Source of the DNA: Proteobacteria bacterium SG_bin7
GTDB taxonomy: Bacteria; Bdellovibrionota; Bdellovibrionia; Bdellovibrionales; SG-bin7
NCBI GenBank assembly: GCA_002083485.1
Contig: LWDK01000040.1
Location: forward strand, 3,723-67,722
Length of the DNA stretch: 64,000 nt
Direction: 5' to 3'
Part shown: piece by piece, positions 46,370 through 56,893 of the stretch
Position numbering within the stretch: position 1 is the stretch's first letter
Layout of the letters: every line of letters begins with the position of its first letter
Translations under genes and position numbers: made by a program
Notes under the pieces: model-generated
Told to the model about the DNA's origin: nothing
The model's input: the letters and a program-made list of their open reading frames with translations, nothing else
Databases searched by the model: none

Positions 46370-47518
46370 TTAAGGATTGACTGTTGTTTGATATTTGAAA
46401 CCACTCTCAGTGACCGCGAGCACGACCGCCGATTTTACGGGATTTCTTTTTTCGTCCATTGTGATAACGCCAGTTACGCCTTTAAAAGATTTTGTTTGAG
46501 CAATTTCTTTACGGATGTCCGCGGTATCCCATGATTTCGCGCGCTTCACTGCTTCCGCAAAAACCAAAGCCGCATCATAGCCGAGGGCTGCCAAACCATC
46601 GGGAACAACACCATACTCTTTCTGATAACGCACAATAAATTCCTGAATGTGAGGAGATTTGTCTTCTGATGAATAGTGATTGGAAAAATAAGACCCTGAA
46701 ATCGCTTTGCCGCCAATTTCTTGCAATTTCGGCGAATCCCACCCGTCTCCCCCCAGAAGCGGAACTTTTAATTTCAAACTCGCCGCTTGGCGGGCAATAA
46801 GGCCCACATCGCCATAGTAGCCTGGAACATAGATCGCTTCTGGATTCTTACTCTTAATAGCTGTCAACTGTGATTTGAAATCCATATCACCGTTGCTATA
46901 GCTTTGTTCGACGACGATTTCTCCACCCATTTTCTTAAACGTATCTTTAAAAAATTGTGTCAGTCCCACCGAGTAGTCATTTTTTACGTCAGTCAAAACC
47001 GCTACTTTTTTGATTTTCAAATTCTCTATCGCGAATTTTGCCATCACTTTTCCTTGGAACGGATCTATGAAGCAGACACGGAAAATATAGTCACCGATTT
47101 CAGTAACTTTGGGATTTGTCGAAGACGGAGTAATCATCGGAATTTTATTTTGTTGCGCGATTGGCGCCATCGCTAAGCTTACCGAACTCGCAACTTCACC
47201 CAATACTACGGTAACTTTTTCCTGCGAGATCAACCGTGTTACAACAGTCGCCGCCTCTTCAGGGCGCCCTTGATCATCAAGCGATATTAATTTTATCTTT
47301 TTACCTTTTATCCCACCAGCGGCATTGATTTCTTTTACGGCTAGCTCCACTCCCTTGTGAGTTGACTGTCCAAATGTTGCTTGCGCTCCTGTTAGACTTC
47401 CCACCAAACCAATTTTAATCTCAGCGCTATTAGCCGCCGGGTTGGCGGCAATTGCCACAGCACTAGAAACAACAACTGCTATAGCAATCGCATAAATTCT
47501 ATTAATTATATTAAACAT
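46370..47518 (-). CDS. livK: Branched-chain amino acid ABC transporter substrate-binding protein
   Basis: 382 aa with a signal peptide and a type I periplasmic binding fold pattern (..IKIGLVGSLTGAQATFG..). First gene of the operon. Confidence 0.8.
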   Translation of the reverse strand: MFNIINRIYAIAIAVVVSSAVAIAANPAANSAEIKIGLVGSLTGAQATFGQSTHKGVELAVKEINAAGGIKGKKIKLISLDDQGRPEEAATVVTRLISQEKVTVVLGEVASSVSLAMAPIAQQNKIPMITPSSTNPKVTEIGDYIFRVCFIDPFQGKVMAKFAIENLKIKKVAVLTDVKNDYSVGLTQFFKDTFKKMGGEIVVEQSYSNGDMDFKSQLTAIKSKNPEAIYVPGYYGDVGLIARQAASLKLKVPLLGGDGWDSPKLQEIGGKAISGSYFSNHYSSEDKSPHIQEFIVRYQKEYGVVPDGLAALGYDAALVFAEAVKRAKSWDTADIRKEIAQTKSFKGVTGVITMDEKRNPVKSAVVLAVTESGFKYQTTVNP

Positions 47519-47541
47519 ATAAATCTCCTCAGATTTTTTTA

Positions 47542-47570
47542 ATTATTCAAAAACCACGGTGCGAAAGCAA
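47542..47570 (-). promoter_or_regulatory. Possible sigma70-type promoter of the liv operon
   Basis: On the minus strand, TTGCTT (47570-47565), 17 nt, then AATAAT (47547-47542), about 25 nt upstream of GAGGAG and the ATG. Confidence 0.25.
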
Positions 47571-47627
47571 GAGAATACTGCATTTCGATTGACATGTAAG
47601 TATTGTAAACTACTATGCGTTTTAGTC

Positions 47628-48659
47628 ATGGCTAGTGCTCGGTTCTTCTCTAGTTCAATTCTTGTTACAATTATTGGTCTGATAGCGAGTTACTTTATCG
47701 GAATTGAATTCTCTGGGCCCAAAGAAGGCTTCAAAACTGTTTTCTTTGTTTTTGTTTTGAGCATTCTTGAGATTTCACTTTCGTTTGATAATGCCGTGGT
47801 AAATGCCACCATTTTAAAAAGGATGACTCCAAAATGGCGGCATCGGTTTATTACTTGGGGGATACTCATCGCTGTATTTGGCATGCGTTTGATTTTCCCT
47901 CTTGCAATCATAAGTCTAGTAGCCCATTTGAATCCACTTAGCGCACTATCCCTTGCTATCTACCAACCCACTGAATACGAGCGCATTATGACGAGTGTGC
48001 ATACAGAAATTAACGGATTTGGTGGATTTTTTCTCCTGATGGTGTGCTTGAAATTCTTTTTCGACAGCTCAAAGGAAGTGCACTGGATTCGTGGAGTCGA
48101 AGCCTTTTTATCGAAGTTTGGAAAAATTGAGGCTGTTGAAATTGGCATGGGGCTTTTATTTCTTCTTATTATTTCAAACTACGTTGATGCCCACCATCGC
48201 CTTGACCTGATTATTTGGGGAATTGCCGGAATAACGACTTTCATATGCATTGAGGGTCTCGGAGAGTTTCTTCAGCTCGACACTTCTACTATAAATAATG
48301 CGGAACGTGCTAGTTTTGGAATGTTTCTTTACCTCGAGGTGATCGACGCTTCTTTCAGCTTTGATGGCGTGCTTGGCGCCTTCGCAATTACCAACAACTT
48401 GTTCTTAATTGCTATAGGCTTGGGCATTGGTGCTATGTTTGTGCGAAGTCTTACTATAATGTTGGTCGAACTCGGCACTCTCAACAAATATAGATATCTC
48501 GAACATGGCGCTTTCTGGGCAATCGGGGCACTTGCCGTATTGATGATCATTGGTACGTTCAAAACTGTTCCTGAAATCGCAACAGGGTTAATCGGCTTTA
48601 TCTTTATTACTATGGCTTTCATTTCTTCGCGCAGTTACGTTGAGAAAATTCAAAAATAG
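47628..48659 (+). CDS. DUF475/TerC-like integral membrane protein
   Basis: ..LEISLSFDNAVVNATILKRM.. and a second ..IDASFSFDGVLGAFA.. repeat. Start set to ATG 47628 (MASARFF). Confidence 0.7.
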   Translation: MASARFFSSSILVTIIGLIASYFIGIEFSGPKEGFKTVFFVFVLSILEISLSFDNAVVNATILKRMTPKWRHRFITWGILIAVFGMRLIFPLAIISLVAHLNPLSALSLAIYQPTEYERIMTSVHTEINGFGGFFLLMVCLKFFFDSSKEVHWIRGVEAFLSKFGKIEAVEIGMGLLFLLIISNYVDAHHRLDLIIWGIAGITTFICIEGLGEFLQLDTSTINNAERASFGMFLYLEVIDASFSFDGVLGAFAITNNLFLIAIGLGIGAMFVRSLTIMLVELGTLNKYRYLEHGAFWAIGALAVLMIIGTFKTVPEIATGLIGFIFITMAFISSRSYVEKIQK

Positions 48660-48748
48660 AGAAATAACAAAAATAGTTTTACTTCTCTATAAACACGCGT
48701 TAATTCATCAAAACTACAAAACTAATTAATAATTCTGCTGGAGGATTA

Positions 48749-51148
48749 ATGAAGCTGAATTTAAAGCACTTATTATCAATTCCATTTATATTTTTAACGC
48801 AAATCGCGTTTGCGAGTGAAGCTGAACTCGTCGTTCCAAATTTGGGAGTGAACTTCAACGTTTTCGGTTCACAATATTCTGGTAGCGGCTTGCTGATGGC
48901 AGGTCTTGTCGTAGTTGTCCTCGGGATGATCTTCGGTTTACTTGAATATTTGAAAATTAAAAACCTTCCTGCCCATAAATCAATGCTCGACATCTCATCG
49001 TTAATTTATGAGACGTGTAAGACTTACCTCTTACAACAAGGAAAATTTTTAGCACTTCTTGAGGTGGCAATTGGCGCCTGTATCTTTTTCTACTTTTACT
49101 ACCTATCTCACATGGAGTTTGGAAAAGTAATGATGATTCTTTTCTGGTCGGTGATGGGTATCTTAGGAAGCTTCTCTGTCGCTTGGTTCGGAATTAAAAT
49201 TAATAATTACGCCAACTCAAGAACTGCATTCGCATCTCTGGCAGGCAAACCTTACAACGTGATGGACATTCCTTTGCGTGCGGGTATGTCAATCGGCGTT
49301 CTTTTGATTTGCGTAGAACTACTAATGATGATTATTGTTCTACTTTTCATTCCTGGAGAAAATGCCGGAAGTTGTTTTGTAGGGTTCGCGATCGGTGAAT
49401 CTCTTGGTGCGTCGGCTCTTCGTATTTGCGGCGGTATCTTTACCAAAATCGCGGACATTGGCTCTGACTTAATGAAAATTGTATTCAAAATTAAAGAAGA
49501 TGATGCTCGTAACCCTGGTGTTATCGCTGACTGTACGGGTGACAACGCAGGTGATTCGGTTGGTCCCACGGCTGATGGCTTTGAAACTTACGGTGTAACT
49601 GGTGTTGCCCTTATCAGTTTTATTATCTTGGCTGTTGGAAAAACTTTGGGCACTGATGGTTCTCCCGTTGCCGCTCCGGGCGGAGAAGAACTACAGGCCA
49701 AACTTATAGTATGGATCTTTGCTATGCGCGTTCTTATGATCGCAACATCCATTGGTTCTTATTGGGTGAATGGGATGATCTCTAAAGCTATGTTTGGCAA
49801 TAAAGATCATTTTGATTTTGAAGTTCCACTGACTTCTCTCGTGTGGGTAACTTCAATTGTTTCTATTATTGTGACTTTCGCGGTTTCAAAGATTCTTCTT
49901 GGCGATATGAGCGAATCACTTTGGTGGGTGCTTTCGTTAATTATCAGTTGCGGCACTCTCGCAGCAGCAATTATTCCTGAGTTCACCAAAGTTTTTACAT
50001 CCGCAAAATCTCGTCACGTCGCTGAGATTGTAAGTGCGTCACGTGAAGGTGGCGCAAGTCTTACAATTCTTTCTGGGTTAGTTGCTGGTAACTTCTCGGG
50101 CTTCTGGAAAGGCATGACGATTGTTGGTTTAATGCTTATTGCATTCCTGACCTCAGCTCATGGCTTAGACCAATTCATGGTCTATCCATCGGTATTTGCG
50201 TTTGGCCTTGTTGCGTTTGGCATGTTAGGGATGGGCCCCGTCACTATTGCGGTTGATTCTTACGGTCCAGTAACCGACAACGCGCAATCGGTATTTGAGC
50301 TTTCGCAAATTGAAAGCATTCCAAATGTTGCAAAAGAAATCCAAAAAGATTTCGGCTTCATTCCAAACTTTACCAAAGGAAAAGAATATCTAGAAGAGAA
50401 CGATTCTGCGGGAAATACATTTAAAGCGACAGCCAAACCAGTTCTCATCGGAACTGCAGTTATTGGCGCAACGACAATGATTTTCTCGATCATTCTTCTT
50501 TTAAAATTGAAACTTGATCTTATGAACCCTGAAGTTCTCCTTGGACTCATTTCAGGTGGGGCTGTGATTTACTGGTTCACAGGAGCCTCTATGCAAGCTG
50601 TAACAACTGGTGCGTACAGGGCAGTTGAGTACATTAAAAAGAATATTAAACTTGAGAACCAAACAAAAGCCTCTGTGGAGGCCTCTAAAAAGGTTGTTGA
50701 GATTTGTACACAGTACGCTCAAGCCGGTATGGTGAATATCTTTTTAACGGTGTTCTTCATCACACTTGCATTTGCGTGCTTCAACCCAACGTTCTTTGCA
50801 AGCTATTTGATTTCGATCGCCGTGTTTGGTTTGTACCAAGCGATGTTTATGGCAAATGCCGGTGGCGCCTGGGATAATGCTAAGAAGGTTGTGGAAGTTG
50901 ACCTGAAAGAGAAAGGCACTCTACTTCACGCCGCAACAGTTGTTGGTGATACAGTCGGTGACCCATTCAAGGACACTTCGTCTGTGGCGCTGAACCCCAT
51001 CATTAAATTTACAACATTGTTTGGTCTATTAGCCGTTGAAATTGCTGTAAGTGCAAAAGAAACCGCATTCTATCTTGGCGTAGTCTTCTTCATCGTAGCG
51101 CTTTTCTTCGTCTATCGTTCATTCTACGGAATGAGAATTACTCGTTAG
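48749..51148 (+). CDS. hppA: Membrane-bound proton/sodium-translocating pyrophosphatase
   Basis: 799 aa. Contains GGIFTKIADIGSDL, DNAGDSVGP, DSYGPVTDNA, GGAWDNAKK and GDTVGDPFKDT. Confidence 0.9.
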   Translation: MKLNLKHLLSIPFIFLTQIAFASEAELVVPNLGVNFNVFGSQYSGSGLLMAGLVVVVLGMIFGLLEYLKIKNLPAHKSMLDISSLIYETCKTYLLQQGKFLALLEVAIGACIFFYFYYLSHMEFGKVMMILFWSVMGILGSFSVAWFGIKINNYANSRTAFASLAGKPYNVMDIPLRAGMSIGVLLICVELLMMIIVLLFIPGENAGSCFVGFAIGESLGASALRICGGIFTKIADIGSDLMKIVFKIKEDDARNPGVIADCTGDNAGDSVGPTADGFETYGVTGVALISFIILAVGKTLGTDGSPVAAPGGEELQAKLIVWIFAMRVLMIATSIGSYWVNGMISKAMFGNKDHFDFEVPLTSLVWVTSIVSIIVTFAVSKILLGDMSESLWWVLSLIISCGTLAAAIIPEFTKVFTSAKSRHVAEIVSASREGGASLTILSGLVAGNFSGFWKGMTIVGLMLIAFLTSAHGLDQFMVYPSVFAFGLVAFGMLGMGPVTIAVDSYGPVTDNAQSVFELSQIESIPNVAKEIQKDFGFIPNFTKGKEYLEENDSAGNTFKATAKPVLIGTAVIGATTMIFSIILLLKLKLDLMNPEVLLGLISGGAVIYWFTGASMQAVTTGAYRAVEYIKKNIKLENQTKASVEASKKVVEICTQYAQAGMVNIFLTVFFITLAFACFNPTFFASYLISIAVFGLYQAMFMANAGGAWDNAKKVVEVDLKEKGTLLHAATVVGDTVGDPFKDTSSVALNPIIKFTTLFGLLAVEIAVSAKETAFYLGVVFFIVALFFVYRSFYGMRITR

Positions 51149-51179
51149 GTGCCCGACAACCACTTGATCTGTGGCGCGT
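51148..51179 (+). repeat. Copy B of the 32-nt dispersed motif
   Basis: ggtgcccgacaaccacttgatctgtggcgcgt starts at the last base of the hppA stop codon (TAG 51146-51148). It is 27/32 identical to 18271-18302. Confidence 0.6.
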
Positions 51180-51183
51180 TAAA

Positions 51184-51208
51184 AGGAGAGCTTAGGCTCT
51201 TCTTTTTT
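51184..51208 (+). terminator. Rho-independent terminator of hppA
   Basis: AGGAGAGC (51184-51191) pairs with GCTCTTCT (51196-51203) around loop TTAG, followed by T5. Confidence 0.6.
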
Positions 51209-51210
51209 AT

Positions 51211-51786
51211 TTAGTCAAAACGGCCGTTCTCGGTACTTTCGCCCGCAGGAACGGGCTTTTCTGGCTCCTCGGCAGGGGTCAGTAAATTTACTTCGGAATT
51301 TAGTGGATAAACAATTTTACGATCTTTAGAAAGACTTAAATACATATTAAGATTACCGCATGAGTTTGCCCAAACGATAATGCCGCCCTCGTAAGCGTAG
51401 TATTTATCTTCGGGACCACAAACAGAATCGGGCTTACTACAAATGCCATACGTGCAGGTGTAACCGTTTAAATCTACGCCATACATGATGTTCTTTTTAA
51501 AACCCTCGGCCGCAAGAATTCGACCATCTAACTTTGTCGTTCCTTTATGCGTACCTACGGTATACAAAAAGACATATCGAGCTTTCGTATCAATATCGAC
51601 GAGTTTGCGATTCTCTAGAACCTTTAAAAAATCGCTGGCCTTGGCTAGAGGCTTATAAGCAGCGAAGTCAGCAGGGCCGTCAAATTTGTAATAATCTGAA
51701 AAGCTAGGATCGAGCGAGTCAATCTCTTGCGCAAAAATCGTCGAAACTGAAAAAATCAATAAAATGAATAGCCCTAAACTCGACAT
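51211..51786 (-). CDS. Secreted hypothetical protein
   Basis: Start set to ATG 51786 (MSSLGLFILLIFSVSTIFAQE, signal peptide). The ORF-track N-terminal extension overlaps the upstream gene. Confidence 0.5.
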   Translation of the reverse strand: MSSLGLFILLIFSVSTIFAQEIDSLDPSFSDYYKFDGPADFAAYKPLAKASDFLKVLENRKLVDIDTKARYVFLYTVGTHKGTTKLDGRILAAEGFKKNIMYGVDLNGYTCTYGICSKPDSVCGPEDKYYAYEGGIIVWANSCGNLNMYLSLSKDRKIVYPLNSEVNLLTPAEEPEKPVPAGESTENGRFD

Positions 51787-51917
51787 GTAAGTCCCCAAAA
51801 AAATTTTTGTACTTCGAGGCAGTTCAAAAACTAAGCCAATTTCAGAAGCCCATCTTTTGCTTATCGTGAATTTAATTTGAAATTTTGAGACGAAAATTGT
51901 TAGAGGCAGTGAAGTAT

Positions 51918-52811
51918 TTACTCTAAGCAACGCACAATGTTTACTGATTGCCCTTGGGTAGCTTCTCCTGCCTCGGTGGAATAAATGAAGCTTTTCTGAT
52001 CCGGCAAATAAGTGATCGCCTCTTGTTGCGGAAGCTGTCCGACAACAATCGGCTGGTAATCAACGCCCAAACGCAATTTTTTTGTAGAAATGATTGATTC
52101 ACTCAAATCCAAATTAAATTCCCAAGCACGCCGGTAGCTCATTAGAATAAATCTTCTGCTATCATCTGATATCGTCAGACCGGTAACAACTTGATCGTCT
52201 ACATCCTGGTTTTTGGATAGATAAGGAAGATCGAGTTCACCTATCAAAGTTAACTCTCCCTGAGGCTTAAAAATGGAGTTTCGAAAAATTTTCGCCGAAT
52301 GTGCGACGCCGTTCTTTTTTTCCTTTGTGACTATGTAAAGCGAACCGTCACGGTGAATCGCCATCGCCTCGGAATTATGCGGACCATCTGAGTAATGCAT
52401 ACGATAAACCGCAAGTGGTTTAATGGAATCAGAAAATTTTTCTTCTTCGCGCACAACCACAACTTGGATGAACGAGCGCTGTCGACCATTGTCACCAATG
52501 TCACCAATGTAGATACAGTACTTTTTGTTATCGTCAGGGCAGCTGCCATAGGCAAGCTCTTCCACATCGTGAAGTTTCACCTCATCAATAGATATTTCTT
52601 TTGTGACTGTTCCCTCGGCATTTGATACGATTAGCGAAGTACTTTTACCATCGTTCACATGATAAAGCCGATTACTAAATTGACGTGAATAAATTAACCC
52701 ACTAGCTTCATCTGCAATCTGCGGAACATTTCCGAAGTACTCGGAGGGTCCCCACTGGTTACACAGATCTGCACGAGCAATCCCAATGAGAAGACTTAAA
52801 AGTAAAATCAC
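51918..52811 (-). CDS. Secreted hypothetical protein, possibly beta-propeller (phytase-like or SdiA-regulated-like)
   Basis: 297 aa with a GTG start overlapping the SDR stop (TAGTG). ..ASGLIYS..LYHVNDG..CIYIGDIGDNG.. resembles propeller-type secreted proteins. Tentative. Confidence 0.4.
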   Translation of the reverse strand: MILLLSLLIGIARADLCNQWGPSEYFGNVPQIADEASGLIYSRQFSNRLYHVNDGKSTSLIVSNAEGTVTKEISIDEVKLHDVEELAYGSCPDDNKKYCIYIGDIGDNGRQRSFIQVVVVREEEKFSDSIKPLAVYRMHYSDGPHNSEAMAIHRDGSLYIVTKEKKNGVAHSAKIFRNSIFKPQGELTLIGELDLPYLSKNQDVDDQVVTGLTISDDSRRFILMSYRRAWEFNLDLSESIISTKKLRLGVDYQPIVVGQLPQQEAITYLPDQKSFIYSTEAGEATQGQSVNIVRCLE

Positions 52812-53581
52812 TACTCTTTTTCACCTCGCCTATGAACTTGCCCGACTGCCGCTTGATCTGTCGGAAAAACTACCATCTCTTGAATGTTGACGTGAGGAGG
52901 GCGAGTTAACGTCCATAAAATGCACTCGGCAATATCTTTAGCCGATAGTACTTCTAAACCTTCATATACTGCGAGCGCTCTTTTCTCATCTCCAAATCTA
53001 ACAACACTAAATTCGGTATCGACCATTCCTGGTTCGATATTGGTGACACGTACACCACTACCAGCAATATCCATACGCAATCCTTCACTGATCGCACGGA
53101 CCGCGAATTTAGTAGCGCAATAAACCGCTCCGCCGCGATAACTCCAACGGCCCGCGACACTACCAATATTTATAATATGGCCACTTTTATTTCTGATCAT
53201 ATGAGGTACGATCAACCGAGTCATATAAAGCAGACCTTTAACATTTGTATCAATCATTTGATCCCAGTCAGCAAGGTCTGCCGTTGGAATCAAATCGGTC
53301 CCTAGCGCCAGGCCTGCGTTATTAATAAGTATCGTTACGCTACTAAGTTTTGCCTCAATTTCTTTGATAGAACTCTCAACTTCGCCTTTGTTAGAAACAT
53401 CAAAACAAAGCGGAAGAATGGAATTCCCATTGGCACCAAGACGTTTCGCCAGCGCTTCAAGTCGGTCCTTCCTTCTTCCAGTTAAAATTAAGTCATATCC
53501 TTCAATAGCAAGAAGTTCTGCGGTTGCCTCACCAATTCCTGCCGTCGCGCCTGTAATAATTGCCAATCCTTTTTCTACCAT
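52811..53581 (-). CDS. SDR family oxidoreductase (YdfG-like)
   Basis: 256 aa. Contains TGATAGIGEA, NNAG and YCATKFAV. Confidence 0.85.
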   Translation of the reverse strand: MVEKGLAIITGATAGIGEATAELLAIEGYDLILTGRRKDRLEALAKRLGANGNSILPLCFDVSNKGEVESSIKEIEAKLSSVTILINNAGLALGTDLIPTADLADWDQMIDTNVKGLLYMTRLIVPHMIRNKSGHIINIGSVAGRWSYRGGAVYCATKFAVRAISEGLRMDIAGSGVRVTNIEPGMVDTEFSVVRFGDEKRALAVYEGLEVLSAKDIAECILWTLTRPPHVNIQEMVVFPTDQAAVGQVHRRGEKE

Positions 53582-53677
53582 CCGTAAATAATTCCCGAGT
53601 TTATGAAAAATGCAAAGGAATAACTCCTAACGACTTTTCTGTGTTGCGAAAATTCCTGCGACGGGGCATTAAGACTT

Positions 53678-54604
53678 ATGGACAATGTTAGAAATCCATT
53701 GGAAGAGTCTTACCTAAGACGTCAGAAGTTGACAGAGTCTACAAATGTTTTTCGCGCGCTCCACCGCGGAGAATTGCCCGACGTTGATCTAGTCGTTGAT
53801 ATTTATAACAAGTACTTTTGCGCGATGCTCTACCAGGACAAAAATCCTAGTGACATACTTACAAAAATATCAAATAGGTTCAATTTGATGGGTGGAGTAC
53901 TTAAGTATCCCCAGAAAGACCCCCATAATGTTGGCTGGATAAAGGAGTTAGAAATAGTTGGCGAAAAACCTCCTGCATGGTTCGAAGTTACTGAGAACGG
54001 AATCAAATTTAAAGTCACCTTAACAGAAAAGCAACATACCGGACTCTTCTTAGATCAACGTGACAACCGTTTCTGGGTAAAAGAAAATAGTAAAAATAAA
54101 ATGGTCGCTAATTTATTTGCGTATACCTGTTCATTCTCAGTTATGGCTGCAGTTGGCGGGGCGACAAAGGTTCATTCTGTCGATATTTCCAAACCGTTTC
54201 TCGAATGGGGCAAAGAAAACTTCCTGTTAAATGATTTGAAAACCGAGGGTCATTATTTTTTCGCCGACGACGTAAGAGATTGGTTAAATCGCAGAATTAA
54301 AAAAATATCACTGAACAAAGAGCCTAAATTTGACTTGGTAATTTGCGATCCACCAAGTTTTTCAAAGGGCGCAAAGAACCAGAAGCCCTTTAAAGTGGAA
54401 CGTGAATGGCCAGCTCTTTGTGAGGGCATCAAAAAAATTTTAAGCCCAAGTGGGGTGGCAGTTTTTTCTAATAACCTCCAAGAACGCTCTGATAAATTTT
54501 TTAAAAACCATCTCCTCCTACATTTTTCTATTGAAGAGCTCGCAACACAACCCGATTTTATGGGAACTTTTCATGCGCGTTATTTTAGAGCAATACCAAA
54601 ATAA
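53678..54604 (+). CDS. Class I SAM-dependent (RlmI/RlmK-like) RNA methyltransferase
   Basis: 308 aa. Contains GLFLDQRDNR, NLFAYTCSFSV and FDLVICDPPSF. Confidence 0.7.
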   Translation: MDNVRNPLEESYLRRQKLTESTNVFRALHRGELPDVDLVVDIYNKYFCAMLYQDKNPSDILTKISNRFNLMGGVLKYPQKDPHNVGWIKELEIVGEKPPAWFEVTENGIKFKVTLTEKQHTGLFLDQRDNRFWVKENSKNKMVANLFAYTCSFSVMAAVGGATKVHSVDISKPFLEWGKENFLLNDLKTEGHYFFADDVRDWLNRRIKKISLNKEPKFDLVICDPPSFSKGAKNQKPFKVEREWPALCEGIKKILSPSGVAVFSNNLQERSDKFFKNHLLLHFSIEELATQPDFMGTFHARYFRAIPK

Positions 54605-54698
54605 TTTTTGTGTTTGGACTGGGAGATATTTCGTTTCCGCAAAACTTCATGGCATATTTGTTGTTAAATTGAGCTAGGTTATTGTACACTCTAAATGT

Positions 54699-55856
54699 AT
54701 GACGTTTCAGAAAAACAAGATTGTTAGTCTTTACAAAAAAACAAAAAGACCTTTTTATCTCTACGATCTTAGGGGCATGCGGTCACGATGTCGCGAGTTT
54801 AGAAATGCAATTAAGCTTGATAACGTCAACATCCACTATGCCATGAAGGCAAACGCTAACAATAAAGTTTTACAGACAATCTTGCGTTCAGGCTTTGGCG
54901 TTGACGTTGTCTCGGGTGGCGAGTTGCATCGTGCGCTCTCAGTTGGATTTAAGCCTAAGCAGATTATATTTTCTGGGGTTGGAAAGACTGAAAATGAAAT
55001 AACATTGGCACTCCAAAGGAATATTAAACAGATAAACGTTGAAAGCGTCGAGGAGCTAGTTCGGATCGCTACAGTTGCAAAGAAACTTCGAAAGCGGGTT
55101 GAAGTGGGTGTACGTGTAAACCCCAACATCTCTGCCAAAACTCATCCCTACATCACAACGGGTTTCCACAAAAATAAGTTTGGTGTTGATCTCGACTCAA
55201 TCAGAGAGATCGAAAAAGTTTTTAGTGAAAATTTTGATAGTATAAAATTTGTCGGCGTTTCAATGCACATCGGCTCTCAGATCCATGATTTGAAAGTATT
55301 TAACGATGCCATAAAAAAGGGGCTTGCACTTATTGATAAACTAAAAAAGAACGGCTGGCTAATTTCGCGCTTTGATATTGGTGGCGGGCTTGGAATAGAT
55401 TATCGAAAAGAAAGTTCAGACGACAAAAAGAATATTAAACGCTATGGAGCCCTTGTTACAAAACTTTTCAAAAATGTAAGTTCTGACCTAGAAGTTCAGT
55501 TAGAGCCAGGAAGAATTCTAGTCGCGCGTTTCGGGGTTTTAGTTTCGCAGGTTCAGTACATAAAAAAAAATAAATCTCGGACCTTTGCAATTTTAGATAC
55601 TGGTTCTCATCATTTAATTCGCCCCGCTCTCTACGACGCCTATCATCGAATTATTCCATTGGCAAAACGCCCTAAAAGTTTCACTTATCAAGTGGTAGGT
55701 CCACTCTGCGAATCTTCAGATTTTTTAGCAAATGATCGAAAAATTTCGGAACTAAAACAAGGGGATATCGTCGTTATTTCAGATACGGGAGCCTACGGCT
55801 ACTCGATGGCTTCGACCTATAACCTCCACGAACTTCCGACCGAATATACTGTCTAA
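54699..55856 (+). CDS. lysA: PLP-dependent decarboxylase, diaminopimelate decarboxylase-like
   Basis: 385 aa. Contains HYAMKAN (PLP Lys), VVSGGEL, GGGLGI, EPGRILVA and CESSD. Somewhat short for LysA, so substrate assignment is tentative. Confidence 0.65.
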   Translation: MTFQKNKIVSLYKKTKRPFYLYDLRGMRSRCREFRNAIKLDNVNIHYAMKANANNKVLQTILRSGFGVDVVSGGELHRALSVGFKPKQIIFSGVGKTENEITLALQRNIKQINVESVEELVRIATVAKKLRKRVEVGVRVNPNISAKTHPYITTGFHKNKFGVDLDSIREIEKVFSENFDSIKFVGVSMHIGSQIHDLKVFNDAIKKGLALIDKLKKNGWLISRFDIGGGLGIDYRKESSDDKKNIKRYGALVTKLFKNVSSDLEVQLEPGRILVARFGVLVSQVQYIKKNKSRTFAILDTGSHHLIRPALYDAYHRIIPLAKRPKSFTYQVVGPLCESSDFLANDRKISELKQGDIVVISDTGAYGYSMASTYNLHELPTEYTV

Positions 55857-55876
55857 ATGAATTTGAATATTATCTT

Positions 55877-56845
55877 CTATTGTTCAAGTATATACGCAAA
55901 CATCAACGGTGCGACAATCGAAGCATCAGACTCTACGATAAATTTTGGAGTTTCGATGCCAAGCTTTCCCCACGTGATTTTCTCATTGGGAACCGCACCC
56001 GAGTAAGAACCATAGCTTGTCGTCGAATCACTAATCTGACAAAAGTAGGCCCATTTTGGAACTTTCTTTAATAAATCTTGTTCGAGCATCGGAACTACAC
56101 ATATTGGGAAGTCCCCCGCAATACCACCACCGATTTGGAAAAAGCCGATCCCTTGCTTCGGGCAATCTGTCTGATACCATTTCGCAAGGTCGATCATGTA
56201 ATCAATTCCAGTTTTCACGACAGAGCGATCAACTTTTCCTTCAATCACACGCCCTGCAAAAATATTTCCCGTTGTTGAGTCTTCCCAACCCGGAACAAAC
56301 ATGGGTAAGTTCTTTTTTGCAGCAGCTACCAACCAAGAGTCTTTAGGATCAATTTGATACTCTTTTGCTAAAACTTCCTCTTGAATAATTTTGTATAAAT
56401 ATTCGTGCGGGAAATTCGCACCTTTATTTTTAGTATTCGCCTGCCAGTGCTTCACCACATGTCTTTCAATCTTACGAATCGCTTCTTCCTCGGGAATACA
56501 AGTGTCAGTAACCCGGTTTAAATGCCGGTCTAGAAGCTTTTGTTCATCCTCAGGAGTCAGGTCACGGTAGTTTGGAATCCGCACGTAATGGTCATGGGCC
56601 ACTAAGTTATAAAGGTCTTCTTCAAGATTCGCTCCAGTACAAGTAATTGCATGCACCTTGTCCCTACGAATCATCTCAGCCAAAGACAAGCCCAATTCGC
56701 CTGAGCTCATGGCACCGGCAAGAGTTACCATCATCTTTCCACCTTTATCGAGGTGGGCTTTGTAAGCTTGTGCCGCATCCTTTAATGCAGCAGCATTAAA
56801 GTGACGATAGTGGTGATCAATAAATTGTGAAATAGGACCTTTCAT
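55877..56845 (-). CDS. Deoxyhypusine synthase-like (homospermidine synthase-type) protein
   Basis: ..TLAGAMSSGELG.., ..ITCTGANLEEDL.. and ..GGGIAGDF.. Start set to ATG 56845 with AAGGAGAAAAATCC upstream. Confidence 0.75.
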   Translation of the reverse strand: MKGPISQFIDHHYRHFNAAALKDAAQAYKAHLDKGGKMMVTLAGAMSSGELGLSLAEMIRRDKVHAITCTGANLEEDLYNLVAHDHYVRIPNYRDLTPEDEQKLLDRHLNRVTDTCIPEEEAIRKIERHVVKHWQANTKNKGANFPHEYLYKIIQEEVLAKEYQIDPKDSWLVAAAKKNLPMFVPGWEDSTTGNIFAGRVIEGKVDRSVVKTGIDYMIDLAKWYQTDCPKQGIGFFQIGGGIAGDFPICVVPMLEQDLLKKVPKWAYFCQISDSTTSYGSYSGAVPNEKITWGKLGIETPKFIVESDASIVAPLMFAYILEQ

Positions 56846-56893
56846 GGATTTTTCTCCTTGTAACAGGCCGGTATATAACACTATATTTTGCCT

